DNA from: Cystobasidiomycetes sp. EMM_F5
Taxonomy: Eukaryota
NCBI GenBank assembly: GCA_051047955.1
Contig: JBPGPT010000026.1
Location: 1 to 64,000 of the forward strand
Length of the DNA stretch: 64,000 nucleotides
Reading direction: 5' to 3'
Each line of letters begins with the position of its first letter. Position 1 is the stretch's first letter. The translations under genes were made by a program, and so were the position numbers. The notes below the pieces were generated by a model. The model saw nothing but the letters and a program-made list of their open reading frames with translations. It was not told where the DNA came from and searched no databases. This document shows, in pieces, positions 25,087 through 36,162 of the stretch.

Positions 25087-26703
25087 ATGGGCAGAGTGCG
25101 TGCATTCAGCCTTAATTATATGCGCTCAAAAGGCTGATGGAGTCGAAAACGCGCGTCTGCAGGATCTCTACGCCATCCTCGGTAAGCAGGTCTGATGTGC
25201 TGATGATACTGCCAAAAAGTCTGATTATGAATCACTCAACACTACCGTCACTGCTTGCTCTCAGGCGTGTCCAAGGATGCTTCTGAGTCGCAGATCAAGT
25301 CGGCTTATAAGAAATTAGGTGAGATTGGTCGTGCCCAAACTGTGCACAGGCTAGGCCTGTGGCTTTGCAATACAGTGTACCCAACGCCATACTGATGACG
25401 CACGCCTCATTCTCATTCTCAGCACTCAAGCACCATCCAGATCGTAATCCCGGCAAGGAGGAGGAGGCGTCCATCAAGTTCAAGGATGTTTCGAGCGCCT
25501 TTGAGATTTTGTCAAACTCGCAAAAGCGTGGTATATACGATCAGTACGGCGAGGAGGGATTAGAGAACGGTGGAATGGGCGGTGGAATGGGCGGAATGGA
25601 CCCATCTGACCTCTTCTCGTCCCTCTTTGGCGGTGGAGGCGGTGGCGGCTTCTTTGGTGGAGGTGGTAGACAGCGCCCATCTGGCCCACGTAAAGGCAAG
25701 GATCTCGTGCACAGCGTCAAAGTGTCGCTCGAAGACTTGTACAAGGGCAAGACATCCAAGCTCGCTCTGCAAAAGCACGTCCTCTGCAGCAAGTGTAACG
25801 GTAAAGGTGGGAAGGAGGGAGCCGTCAAGAGCTGTAACGACTGTCACGGACAGGGCATAAAGGTCATCCTACGGCAGATGGGTCCACTCGTACAGCAAAT
25901 GCAGCAGACGTGCCCGACGTGTAACGGAGAGGGTGAAATCATCAATGCAAAGGACCGCTGCAAGGGATGTCACGGCAAGAAGATTGTGTCGGAGCGTAAA
26001 GTCCTCGAGGTTAATATCGACAAGGGCATGCAACACGGTCAGACTGTCACATTTGCTGGAGAAGCCGACCAAGCGCCAAACGTCGTCCCGGGAGACGTTA
26101 TCATTCATGTGGAGGAGAAGCCGCACGACCTGTTCAAGAGGAAAGGCGACGATCTCTACATGTCTCAAAAGATCGATCTGCTCACCGCCCTCGCCGGAGG
26201 TCAATTCCTGGTCAACCACCTCGACGACCGGACACTTGTGGTCAACATTACCGCTGGGGAAATCATCAAGCCAGGTTAGTGTTTCATGAAATGAAAAGAG
26301 CCATTTTCGATCATGACTGACTGGACTATATCCGTACAGGCGCAATCAAGGTCATCAGTGAACAGGGCATGCCTGCATACCGACACCACAACCACGGTCA
26401 ACTCATCATCTCATTCGAGATTGATTTCCCCACACACCTCGACGCTGAAGCAATGGCTCAGCTCGAATCTGCCTTACCTGCGAGACCGACCTTGCCAACA
26501 CCACCTAAGGACCACCACGTTGAGGAAGTAGTTCTCGAGGATGCGGATCTGACACGACAGTCTAGAGCGAGAGGCGACGATGAGATGGAGGAAGACGACG
26601 AGCATCCACAGGGTACCGGAGTCGTAGGTTGATGACCATTACGAACTATCGAACCTCGCTGACACACTTATGTTTTGAAAAACAGTCATGCCAGAACCAG
26701 TAG
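25087..26703 (+). CDS. YDJ1: Type I Hsp40/DnaJ co-chaperone (Ydj1)
   Basis: J-domain with HPD, G/F region and CxxCxGxG zinc repeats. Very short 5' coding exons (MGR | DLYAIL). Last exon encodes SCQNQ-stop, a CaaX box. Confidence 0.96.
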
Positions 26704-27399
26704 TGTGACCTTTTCTTTTGGAGTAGTAATGCTCGCTGTATCTCTATACTCGCGGTCGGCAGACGCGGGGAGCACTGGGCCGTGTTACAGTCAGTATGTG
26801 TGCTGTCGGTCAAGGGTTACACTATCCTTTTCATACTCTAGAGGCGATCTTTATGGTGTGCGTTGTATTTTTCTATCCGCGGGCAGCGCGTTTTGAGAGG
26901 ACTTGTGGTATGCTGCAGGCTGTATACCTTCTGCCTGCTTGCCAAACAAGCGAACGATCATCGCAAACTCTGACTTTTTTCAGCGGAATCAATCTAGTTT
27001 ATAGATTCGAGCGTACAAGGACCTGCGAGCAAAGCTACACGCGACGTGCTCGCGTTTATCTGCGATGCGGTCACGGAACTTATAACAGTTTTAGTACAAG
27101 CAGCGGAAATGATGATTTCGCCGAGAGCGTCAGAGTGGGGCCTCGCTTTCAGCAGCAGCAGCCATCGGAACTGTAGTCATGCTAGCATCACTTTCAAAGC
27201 GGTACTATGAAGGTGTAAAGGTGTACAGAATTTGTATGGAATAGCAGCAAGCGTTGATCTCGACGTTGCTCGAAGACGGAATGTCTGCCCAGGCTTTGGC
27301 AGCATAGTAAGGCTGCAGATCTGGTATCAGCAAAGCAAACCGCTGTTTGAAGAGAATCGCGCCTGTTATATCATTGCGAACACAGACTACAAATTAGTA

Positions 27400-28816
27400 A
27401 CACCGTGACCTCGCTACCTACCTTTAAATGTTGGTTCTCGCCTTGTGAGCCAACTGATAAGTGCAAAACACATTCCGGTAGACACGGTATCTGCGAACAT
27501 AGTTTCACGCGAATGTGCACGCCATCTACCTACGATGCGACCACGGCAGTCTGACAAATGTATCACTCGAGAATCCGCCGAGAACGCTAAGTGGAGTACT
27601 CGTCCAAACCTATAATGGCAGTATTGGAGTTGTGACTACGTTGACATCAAAGTCATGACGGTACTGTAAAGGTATAAAGAAGTTTTGCGATTTGTGGTGC
27701 GAGCGTTAGTCCGACGTAAATCAAAGACGGCATATCTGCTCAGGCCATGGTAGCATGGTCAATGTACAGGTCTTGGGTAGGCGAACGCAAACTGCCCGTC
27801 AAAAAGAGATGCGTCTGTCAGATTGTCACTTGTCACGGCTGGGTAGTGACAGGTTGAAACTCGGTGAAGATCCTTAGCTGACAATGTCATATAGTAATAC
27901 CGACTTGCGTTGCCCTTCGAGTTCGGTAGTGACGTTCATCTTCTCTGAGTAGCAAGTGCGCTGTTATGACTACGGTCGTCCAAAGGCCAAGCTGTACAAG
28001 TTTCGGCACATTATGTGGTGCCCATAACATTCGGGCTGTTGCATTTGCGATACGAAAACGAAAAGTCAGCGAAATAGCATTTGAGCTGGAGCATTCATCC
28101 CACATACTGTTCACATAAAGAATACCAAGATCGCCTATGGGAGAATAAAAATCATCGTGAGCGAAAGAGCCTGTCAACAGAGTCTAGTAGCCATCGTATC
28201 AGTCGCTTTTGCTTCATGTATTTTATGCACTTCGGCGACTCTCACCCATGGTCGCGAGAAAAAGTCACGGTCTGCATTCGGGTAGGCGAAATGTTTGAAC
28301 ATGAATCGCAACAACCTGTCGTCCCCGTACCTGTATGTTCAAGCTGAAAGTCAGTACACCTGGAGTGAATTAGGGTGTGTTCCGACATCACTGCTTGCGC
28401 CAGTTGTAGGCAAAACACCACAGTCCGAACAGACTCCAGAGCAGAGTTGTGAGGCAGTAGACGAGATTGATGTTCGAATTGTTAAAACGGTCTCGCCAAT
28501 TTTTGAAGGGTCCGCGCAAGACATGACGGGGTGCCCCTGCCTCCGACAATGCCTTGGTACAATTGTTGAAAGTGCGTGTCTGCGACAGGCGAACGTCCGC
28601 GAGCCTTGTAGAAAGCAGCGGAGTCCATGAAGTGGTTCTGACAACGCTGTTTGTGGGCCTTGGCATCATGCTCTTGATAAGGCCGCTTGGCTTGACCGAA
28701 TGAAGCGCTGAGGAGAGGATTGGGCGACACGCAAGCGGCTGCGTCAGCCTCAAGCTGATAGTCGACGTCCTGCACAGGCCTAAGCCTAGGGGGTTCTGGC
28801 GCAAGAGTCGATTCAT
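27400..28816 (-). pseudogene. Diverged mitochondrial rhomboid (PARL/Pcp1-like); catalytic motifs degenerate, probable pseudogene or pseudoprotease
   Basis: Spliced reading: presequence, then WRDRFNNSNINLVYCLTTLLWSLFGLWCFAYNWRKQ|YGDDRLLRFMFKHF...RPW|TLLTGSFAHDDFYSPIGDLGILY, and later SLIYVGLTLAPQIAKLLYTFT. No HxxxN or GASG found; TGA at 27740-27742. The 3' boundary is approximate. Confidence 0.6.
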
Positions 28817-29941
28817 CGTACGCCACGTCGTGTTGTCCCGATATTGGCAACGATGTCAGTCTCTTCGCAAGCCTGTACGGGTTCATGTTCGGTACGATAT
28901 TGATTCCCTTTTGAACGAAAGGACCAGTGCGTTGTGCAGCGAGCTTTGTCCTCTGGGTTGCCGAAAAAGGACGTAAGCTCGAGCCTCGGCGGTATTCAAC
29001 GTGAGTCCTGCATGAAAAGCGACGGCAACGCAGGCTGATGATTAGCGAACAGTGCGTTGCTCAGATGAGATGGCTTTTCAAAGATGTCGGCTACATCGTC
29101 ATGCATGTCTATTGGCGAGAGCAGAAATGCGTCGAGTAATTGCTATCGAAGACGGGGCGCGTCTTGGATATATGACGGTGCACTAGCTACTTGTCGCTCT
29201 CGAGACGCGTGTAGCCGTCTGTACAAGGCTCTCCGAACGCTTTCGTGATCATATGTCTCATCCCCACGATTTCGCCAACAAAAGGAAGCCAGTACCATAA
29301 TTTGGATTGTGCAAGGTCAACAATAAAAGTCATGCGTAATGTAACCCTCGTACTATCAGACTTTGCGCGACCCACAAGATAACGCGTTCAGGCTTGGGGT
29401 ACCTCGCCTTAGACTCTTGTCATCACAAAGCCGACTCGTGTCAAATTGACATACGACTGACGATGCAGCCAATGGGAAGACGAACGCGCAATTAGCGCCA
29501 AACTTTCGGTAGAAGTCTCGAGCGGCCGAGCACGGGAAATTCACTCAAAGCTTGATGGCCGAAGGGAATTGCATCGTGGAAGGGTGCTACCTCGAAGGCT
29601 GACTTTAGACAATCAGCATAGACTGAAATGGGAGATTGACAGAGTCTCCTGCTGCTCTCCTACTCACTTCACTTGTCCTTTGAAGAGGCTCACGTTGACC
29701 GCATGGAGTGGTTCTTCATCCTGATAATAGTTTTGCTGTCTATAGCGGGAGTTGCAGCGGGAGTTGTCGTTTGGTAAGCACCATCAGCCGTCACGCATTA
29801 TGCATGGAAAGTTATTAATGGATTGGCATCAGCCTCCACGTCTTCGAGTGCACCATTCTCTATCGACAAAGCAGGGACAGCCAATTCGGATTAGATGTCA
29901 GCCTCAATGTCTCTTCACTTGCCTCTTCCAATGGACCAGCA

Positions 29942-31306
29942 ATGTCGCAAGTGGAGATACAGACACCGCAAAGTGTGGCCACGCGCAACTTCCGTTCAGT
30001 AGTTGGCCTGGGAACGCCGTCCACCGCTTATCCGGGTACGCCAGACATGATCTTTTCTTCTCCGGCCACAACAGCTTCGTCAGCCTTCGCATCTCCCGAC
30101 ATGTCTCAAGCGGAGCCAGCTGCACCAGCAAAACCACTCTTGTCGTACATTGAGCTCCGTCGAAACCGTGATACGACGGATGTGGAGAAGAATGAAAGTA
30201 TGGGATCAGGGCTAAAGGAATTGGGTTGGTAGAGAAAGGCTACGGTGCGAATGAACGAGTAACGAATTGAGCAGTACAGAACGTGAGCATCAGTCGATTT
30301 TCGCCCTCCAGGCACCAGCTGATAAAACAGTGATACCACAGTGAAGCGGTACATTATTTTGGCGTTCAAATCACGAACCATGTATGGATACTGTACACAA
30401 GATCGTCTTCCTGAACAATACCGTTGTGTAACTATGGTGTTCCCAGAGAATATCTATGCGCGTTGAACACGATGTGCTAATGGTGGCAAAATGCATCTTC
30501 CTAAAGCCATTTTGGTCTTTTGATGCCAGTCTGCATACGGCGAAAGCCATAGAAGTGAGGCCTAGTGCTGCCAATTTACTGGTATACAAGCCATTTCTAC
30601 AATGCAGCCAGGCGTCATTGCAATGTGTGTGGTCCTCTCCATCGGCGCGGTACTGGCTGTCGCGGCAATCGGGTGAGTGCGTGTTCAAGTAATCTGCTAT
30701 GGCGTGCTGAGAAGTGTAATATCTGCTGAAAGGACACACGTATACGAAATGGTGATTCAGAATCGAGCCAAAAAGGCCAAAGCCGTCGAAGACGAAGAGA
30801 AGGCACGAATCTTGGGTGTATACGCAGAAAAGCCCAAGATGGAAGCCACCGCAGCCAGAACGCATAGACCGAGACCGCTTGCCGATGGATTTCGTGAGTA
30901 ATGCCCATGTAGCGGGTGTGCTTGTAGCTGAATGACTCGGGCTTGTTGTTCAGAGCTGCTGCAGTCACCCGTCACGCCCAATTCGAACGCAATGTCTCCG
31001 GCACTCTTTTCCCCTATCGTATCGCCTCCTCCAATTTACTCTCCGATTACACCGACGTCCTTGCCTTGCCTCGCGCCAGGCACGCCTACACCACGAGATC
31101 CATCGTCCAGCAGACGCGACTATTCTCCAGACAAGATTGGACAGGAGAACGCAGGTGGCCGAGCTAGGCGGTCGTCACGACAAGCTCTGCCTGCCATCGA
31201 CAGAAAGGCTCTTGCAAAGTATGCTACTCCTCCCAGACGACCGAGGATCGTAGATAGCGCACCCAGGCCAAGGCCTGTGCTTGTCCTCCGTAGTGTGAGC
31301 GTCTAA
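29942..31306 (+). CDS. Hypothetical intron-containing protein(s) with one TM helix and a Pro/Ser-rich tail
   Basis: Coding-like ORFs at 29942, 30677 and 30932 with flanking splice signals and a hydrophobic stretch GVIAMCVVLSIGAVLAVAAIG. Exon structure is unresolved and no family was recognised. Confidence 0.4.
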
Positions 31307-31470
31307 TTGGCTGTCCGACTGTGCCAGCACAGAACAGCGACGAGATGTCACGATTGGGATGGTGAAGATACGATAGTGAATCAGGAGGTGCAATGATGCG
31401 CAATTTGGGTGATTCCGGCGCAATTGTAGATACTTTGTCGGGGGCCAGTCCAGGTACTGCCTTGTGCCAT

Positions 31471-32583
31471 CTACGGCGGTATCATCTGGGCCTTGCGTTT
31501 ATCGAGCATTGCTCTGCGCTTCTCCTCAATGAGCCTCTTCCGATCCTGAATGTCCTTTTCCCGCTTTGCATTCGCATCGCCTTGAGCAGTAGCCTTTGCT
31601 CTCATATCCTCCGTCTCGAGCCTATCCTGCTCAAGTTGTGCAAGCTGCTGCTTTCTCGTCTCTTCATCCTTGCTGAGCTGTATGAAACCAGCACCTCTTG
31701 TACGAATCTCCTTTGTCGAATCGAAATGTTCGGCGAGAGGAGCATCGAGATTGAGCGCTTTCCGTCTCGCGGCCATCTCTTCCGGCGTAGGCTCGTAGAC
31801 GTGAAACTGTGTCTGGTCGCCATAGTATGTGTTTCGATTGTCGGCTGGATGCCAAGACGACGAAGCTAGCTTGATGTCGTTGCTGTAGACGGCTACCCCG
31901 CCCTCGTGCGCGCCTTTGAGCGGTACGCCGTTACTCTGAGCATTCAGTTGTGACTGCGCTACTTGAGATTTGCGTATCCACCGTGTGCGACCCAAATCGT
32001 CGGTTATTTCGACCAGCTGTCAAATATGTCAGTGTTCTAAGTCTAGCCGGCCCTCGAGTGGACCCACCTCGTCGTCGTCCTGCTTGTCGTTCTTCTTGCC
32101 AGCAATCTCACTCTCACTCTCCTCGTCGTCGCTGCCACTGTCGGTCTCTCGCTGCCGGTTCTTGTAGCTCTCCTTGACTGCCTTCTCCTCAAAGTCGACC
32201 AACAAGCCCTGCCTCAGCTGGTCTGCACTTATTCCCTTGACCGTCTCTCCACGCGCGAGCTTTTCATACAGCTTTGCCTTCTTTTCGAGCTTTTCTCTGG
32301 ACTCGAGCACTCTACGCGCTTCTGCCGACAAGTCCTCCCGACTGAGCATATGCGATCTATCTCTCGCCGACCTGGCCTCGAGTCCACGGTTCTTGCGGTC
32401 AAAGATGGCCGCAGTCTTGCTCGTCGACGAGTCTGCGTCGCCTGAATCGAGTCTACGCTTTCGACGGTTTCCAGAGCCGCTCTCTTGGTGCTTGGACACC
32501 TCGCTCAGCAGCGACAGCATGGACGAGGCATTGACGCTGTAGGCGGCAGACGTGGACGGAGCTGGCTTGCTGGCTCCCGACAT
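31471..32583 (-). CDS. CCDC174-like (DUF4078) coiled-coil protein
   Basis: LEKKAKLYEKL, LLVDFEEK, GRTRW and HFDSTKEIRTRGAGFIQLSKDEETRKQQL. One intron near 32020-32070. Confidence 0.85.
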
Positions 32584-32721
32584 TTGTTTAAAAGATGGTC
32601 AGTCTGATGGCAAGCCGGGCAATGACGAGGAGTGAGTTTGGATTGATTCCAATTAGAAATGGCCCGCAATTGCGACTATATTATGACCTGAGCACACATT
32701 AAAACACCCACACTGCCCGCA

Positions 32722-35700
32722 ATGATGCTCCGAAGCAGCGGCATCGGGAGCGTCGTTGCCCGCTCGGTGCATACGATGCTGTATCGCCCAGCGAGAAGCC
32801 TGCTAAACAAGCGAACGCGGCTCCATACGCTCAACCTGCGACCGCGTACTCGCAGCCATGCCAGCGTCGCAGCGGCCAGCTCGTCGACAGCCGTCCGGGC
32901 AATGTCGACGTCGCAGATACCTCGGATGGCTTTCAAACTCGCTTGGAGGTTACCGCTGGCCGCAGGGCTTGGGGGTGGTGCATACCTCGTTGCAAAGGTA
33001 GACGAAGCTCGCAAGTCAGTCTACGGATCCATCGAGGGCGTCTCGGCTTCAGTCTCCGACGTTCTCGGTGCCGTGGGCCAAGCTGTGGGCATAGCAGGGA
33101 CTCGAGCAGGCGAAACGTTTGACGAAGCCGCTCAAGCTGGCAAGGGCGCTTGGTCGAGCTTCAAGGGACTGATGGAAGGCATGTTTGAGCGTGCGTCATC
33201 GGACAGAGATTCCCAACACGATAGCAGCTCTGGCGAGGGAGACCGCAAACCGCCACAGACTCCTGAACGTATCGTGGTAGCGGCTGCCGCAGCTGCTGCT
33301 TTACATCTCGGCAGCAGTAACGAAGCGGATACATTCTCGCCTCCAGATGCCGACTCCGCCTCGACCGACCTCATGCTCCTGACTAAGAAACTCATCGAGA
33401 TTCGGTCAATCCTGCTGTCCATTGACCACAGCGAGAGTCTGCAACTGCCGGCCATCGTCGTCGTCGGTAGCCAGAGCTCAGGAAAGAGCAGTGTCCTGGA
33501 AGCGATTGTCGGGAGGGAATTCCTGCCAAAGTAAGCGTCTATACGCAACTCATATCCAGACTTGAGATTTAACAATATGTCAACAGGGGCAACAACATGG
33601 TCACCCGACGTCCTATCGAGTTGACCCTGGTCCATACTCCTGCTACACCACGCGATCCTGATCCAATAACCTATGCCGAGTTTCCGAGCTACGCGCCTGG
33701 GACGCACATCACAGACTTCAAAGTCGTACAAAAGACGCTCCTCGAACACAATCTTGCTATCCCAGCCAACCAAGCTGTATCAGCTGTTCCCATCGAATTG
33801 CGGATATGCTCACCCAACGTTCCTGATCTATCTCTCGTCGATCTACCAGGCTATATTGAGCTGTCCTCTATGGACCAGCCGGATACACTCAAGGAAGAGA
33901 TTTCAAATCTGTGCGAAAAGTACATAAAGGAACCAAACATCATTCTGGCGGTTTGTGCAGCGAATGTAGACCTTGCCAATTCACCAGCACTGCGGGCAGG
34001 CAGGCGTGTCGATCCGCTCGGCTTGCGGACTATCGGCGTTGTGACAAAGATGGACCTGGTCGAGCCGGATCGCGGAGTCGAAATTCTCACAGACCGTCGA
34101 TACCCTCTCGCCCTCGGATACGTAGGCGTCGTCTGCAAAGCAGATGCAGCCAAGAAAGAAAGGCGAGATCTCATTCGCTTCGGTGGAAAGAGTGAAGATG
34201 ATGGTGGCCTTATTGGACCCGTCAGACGGCAGGAGCAAGCCTTCTTTGGATCCTACCCTGAACATTTCGCCAAAGAAAACCTTCAAGTCACCACTGACCT
34301 TCTCAAGCGTCGGCTGATGCACGTTCTCGAAGAGAGCATGGCAAACTCTCTACATATCGTCAGCAACAATGTTGCGCTCGAGCTCGCGGAAGCAAAGTAT
34401 CAGTTCAAAGTACAGTACAATGACCGTAGTATCACACCGGAAAGCTACCTGCAAGAAACGCTAGATATCCTGAAGCGCCGTCTGAACGTATTCAGTAATG
34501 GCTACTCAAAGACTCAGGTCCGGAAATTGCTCAAACAACATCTAGATGATCGCACTATGGACGTCCTTGCTCAATACTACTGGCAAGATCAGTCCGAAGA
34601 TGGCGATATGAATGGCTTGGCCGCTCTAGAGAAGCAAATACCGCAAAGGAAAAGGCAGAGGACCACTTCTCCGGACTCGGTCGCGAACGAGCGAGAAGCC
34701 GAGCCCGATCCAGAAGCCGCTTGGCGCCACAAACTCGACGCAGCTACTTCTGCGCTGACAAAGTCTGGCGTCGGCAGAATATCAACTCAGCTTGTAGTCG
34801 AAGCGATTCGCACACACGTCGCGAATTTGTTGACGCGAGAAGAGCCGCTTGTCAACCATGCTGCTATGTCTGAGCGCATCACAGCGTTCTCTGATGCGAT
34901 CCTCCGAGATCGATACAGCATCACGGCTGAACAGGTTGAAAACTGCATTAAACCCCTCAAATTTGAGATTGAGCTGGATCCTGATGGCAAAGAGTGGGAG
35001 AAAGGTCGGCAGGAGAGCTTGCGCTTAGTGCAGCGCGAGATCGATATGTGTGATGACGCACTCGCCGCAATCGGCGACAGCGTGGGAGGACACCGACGGC
35101 TCAAGAATGCAATGCAGTACGCTGCAGACCTGGAACAGAGGGAGAAGCAGAGACTGGCCAATAAAAGAGCAGCGCTAAGCAAGAAACTTTCTCCTCCATC
35201 CGATAGCAAATCTTCCGTCGTCGTGCAAGAGGACATGCTAGATCCATCACGAACGGTCATAAATCCTGCATTGCTCGCAAAAGGTACGTGTATATGAAGT
35301 TGGTGGACTGGCCTGTACTGACTCAAGTTTGCATTACCAGCTCGAGAAGCTAACTTCTTGAGTGGAAGAGTCGGGCTGCTGAAGGCAAGACTAGCTGTGC
35401 TCAAGTCGAAGCAGTGTCGCGGATATTCCGATAAGACAGCGCAGGACATTCGGACATACTGTCCGGAAGCCTTCCTCAACGTCGTAGCAGATAAGCTAGC
35501 CAGTACAGCGGTCATGTTTATCAATATCGAGCTCCTTGCCGAGTACTTCTACCTGGTGAGTGACCTTTTTGGTCTGTTGAGGCACGCGGATGGGCTGACA
35601 TTACTATTTGCAGTTCCCGCGTGAAATTGAGACCAGGCTAGGGTACGATCTCTCGCATGCCGAAGTTGTTGAATTCGCTCGGGAGAACCCTCGTCTCAAA

Positions 35701-35862
35701 CATCACCTCGACCTGCAAGACCGCAAGGAGAAACTTGAACTGGTGACAAACAAGCTATCCGCCTTGCTGAAGCTCCAACAGGAGCGTCAAGCACCTATCC
35801 GACAGGCCTCGCCATCGTCGAACACACCTTCTGCCGGATACAGATACAGTCCCTTCAGATGA
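32722..35862 (+). CDS. MGM1: Mitochondrial dynamin-like GTPase Mgm1/Msp1
   Basis: Presequence and two hydrophobic segments, [66 protein letters not shown] and [12 protein letters not shown]. Confidence 0.96.
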
Positions 35863-36162
35863 GCACACGAGAATTCGTGACGTCTTGTATTTCCTAGCCT
35901 GCCGCCTTCAATTCTGTCGTTGTATTCTCGTCACCACTGCTCAGTGCTGTCAGTCCTGTGAAATAGGTTGAGGAGGTGCATGTTGTTGGGAGTATGTCAT
36001 GCCTGTATATTCTACACGATACACGATCGTTATTTTGTGCCAGCACTGGCTGTCAAAAAGTAAAGTCTGTGAAAATCGGCCACAATTGAGACAGCGTGTA
36101 CTGAAAAGAGGAAGAAAGCGAATACACAGATGTAGACTGGGTATCGGAAAGCAAACGTGCCT

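Noticed and set aside
25182..25264. TGATGA and CTGA in a YDJ1 intron as a box C/D snoRNA
   Set aside because: The boxes are only about 15 nt apart, too close for a snoRNA, and no guide sequence is evident.
28100..28180. Frame ALSLTMIFILP*AILVFFM* suggesting TAG/TGA-to-Trp recoding by A-to-I editing
   Set aside because: An upstream splice acceptor gives an open rhomboid-like frame (TLLTGSFAH). Other lesions in the window are frameshifts, which editing cannot repair.
33132..35524. Long antisense ORFs over MGM1, and similar ones over other genes
   Set aside because: Shadow frames of real genes with no independent motifs.
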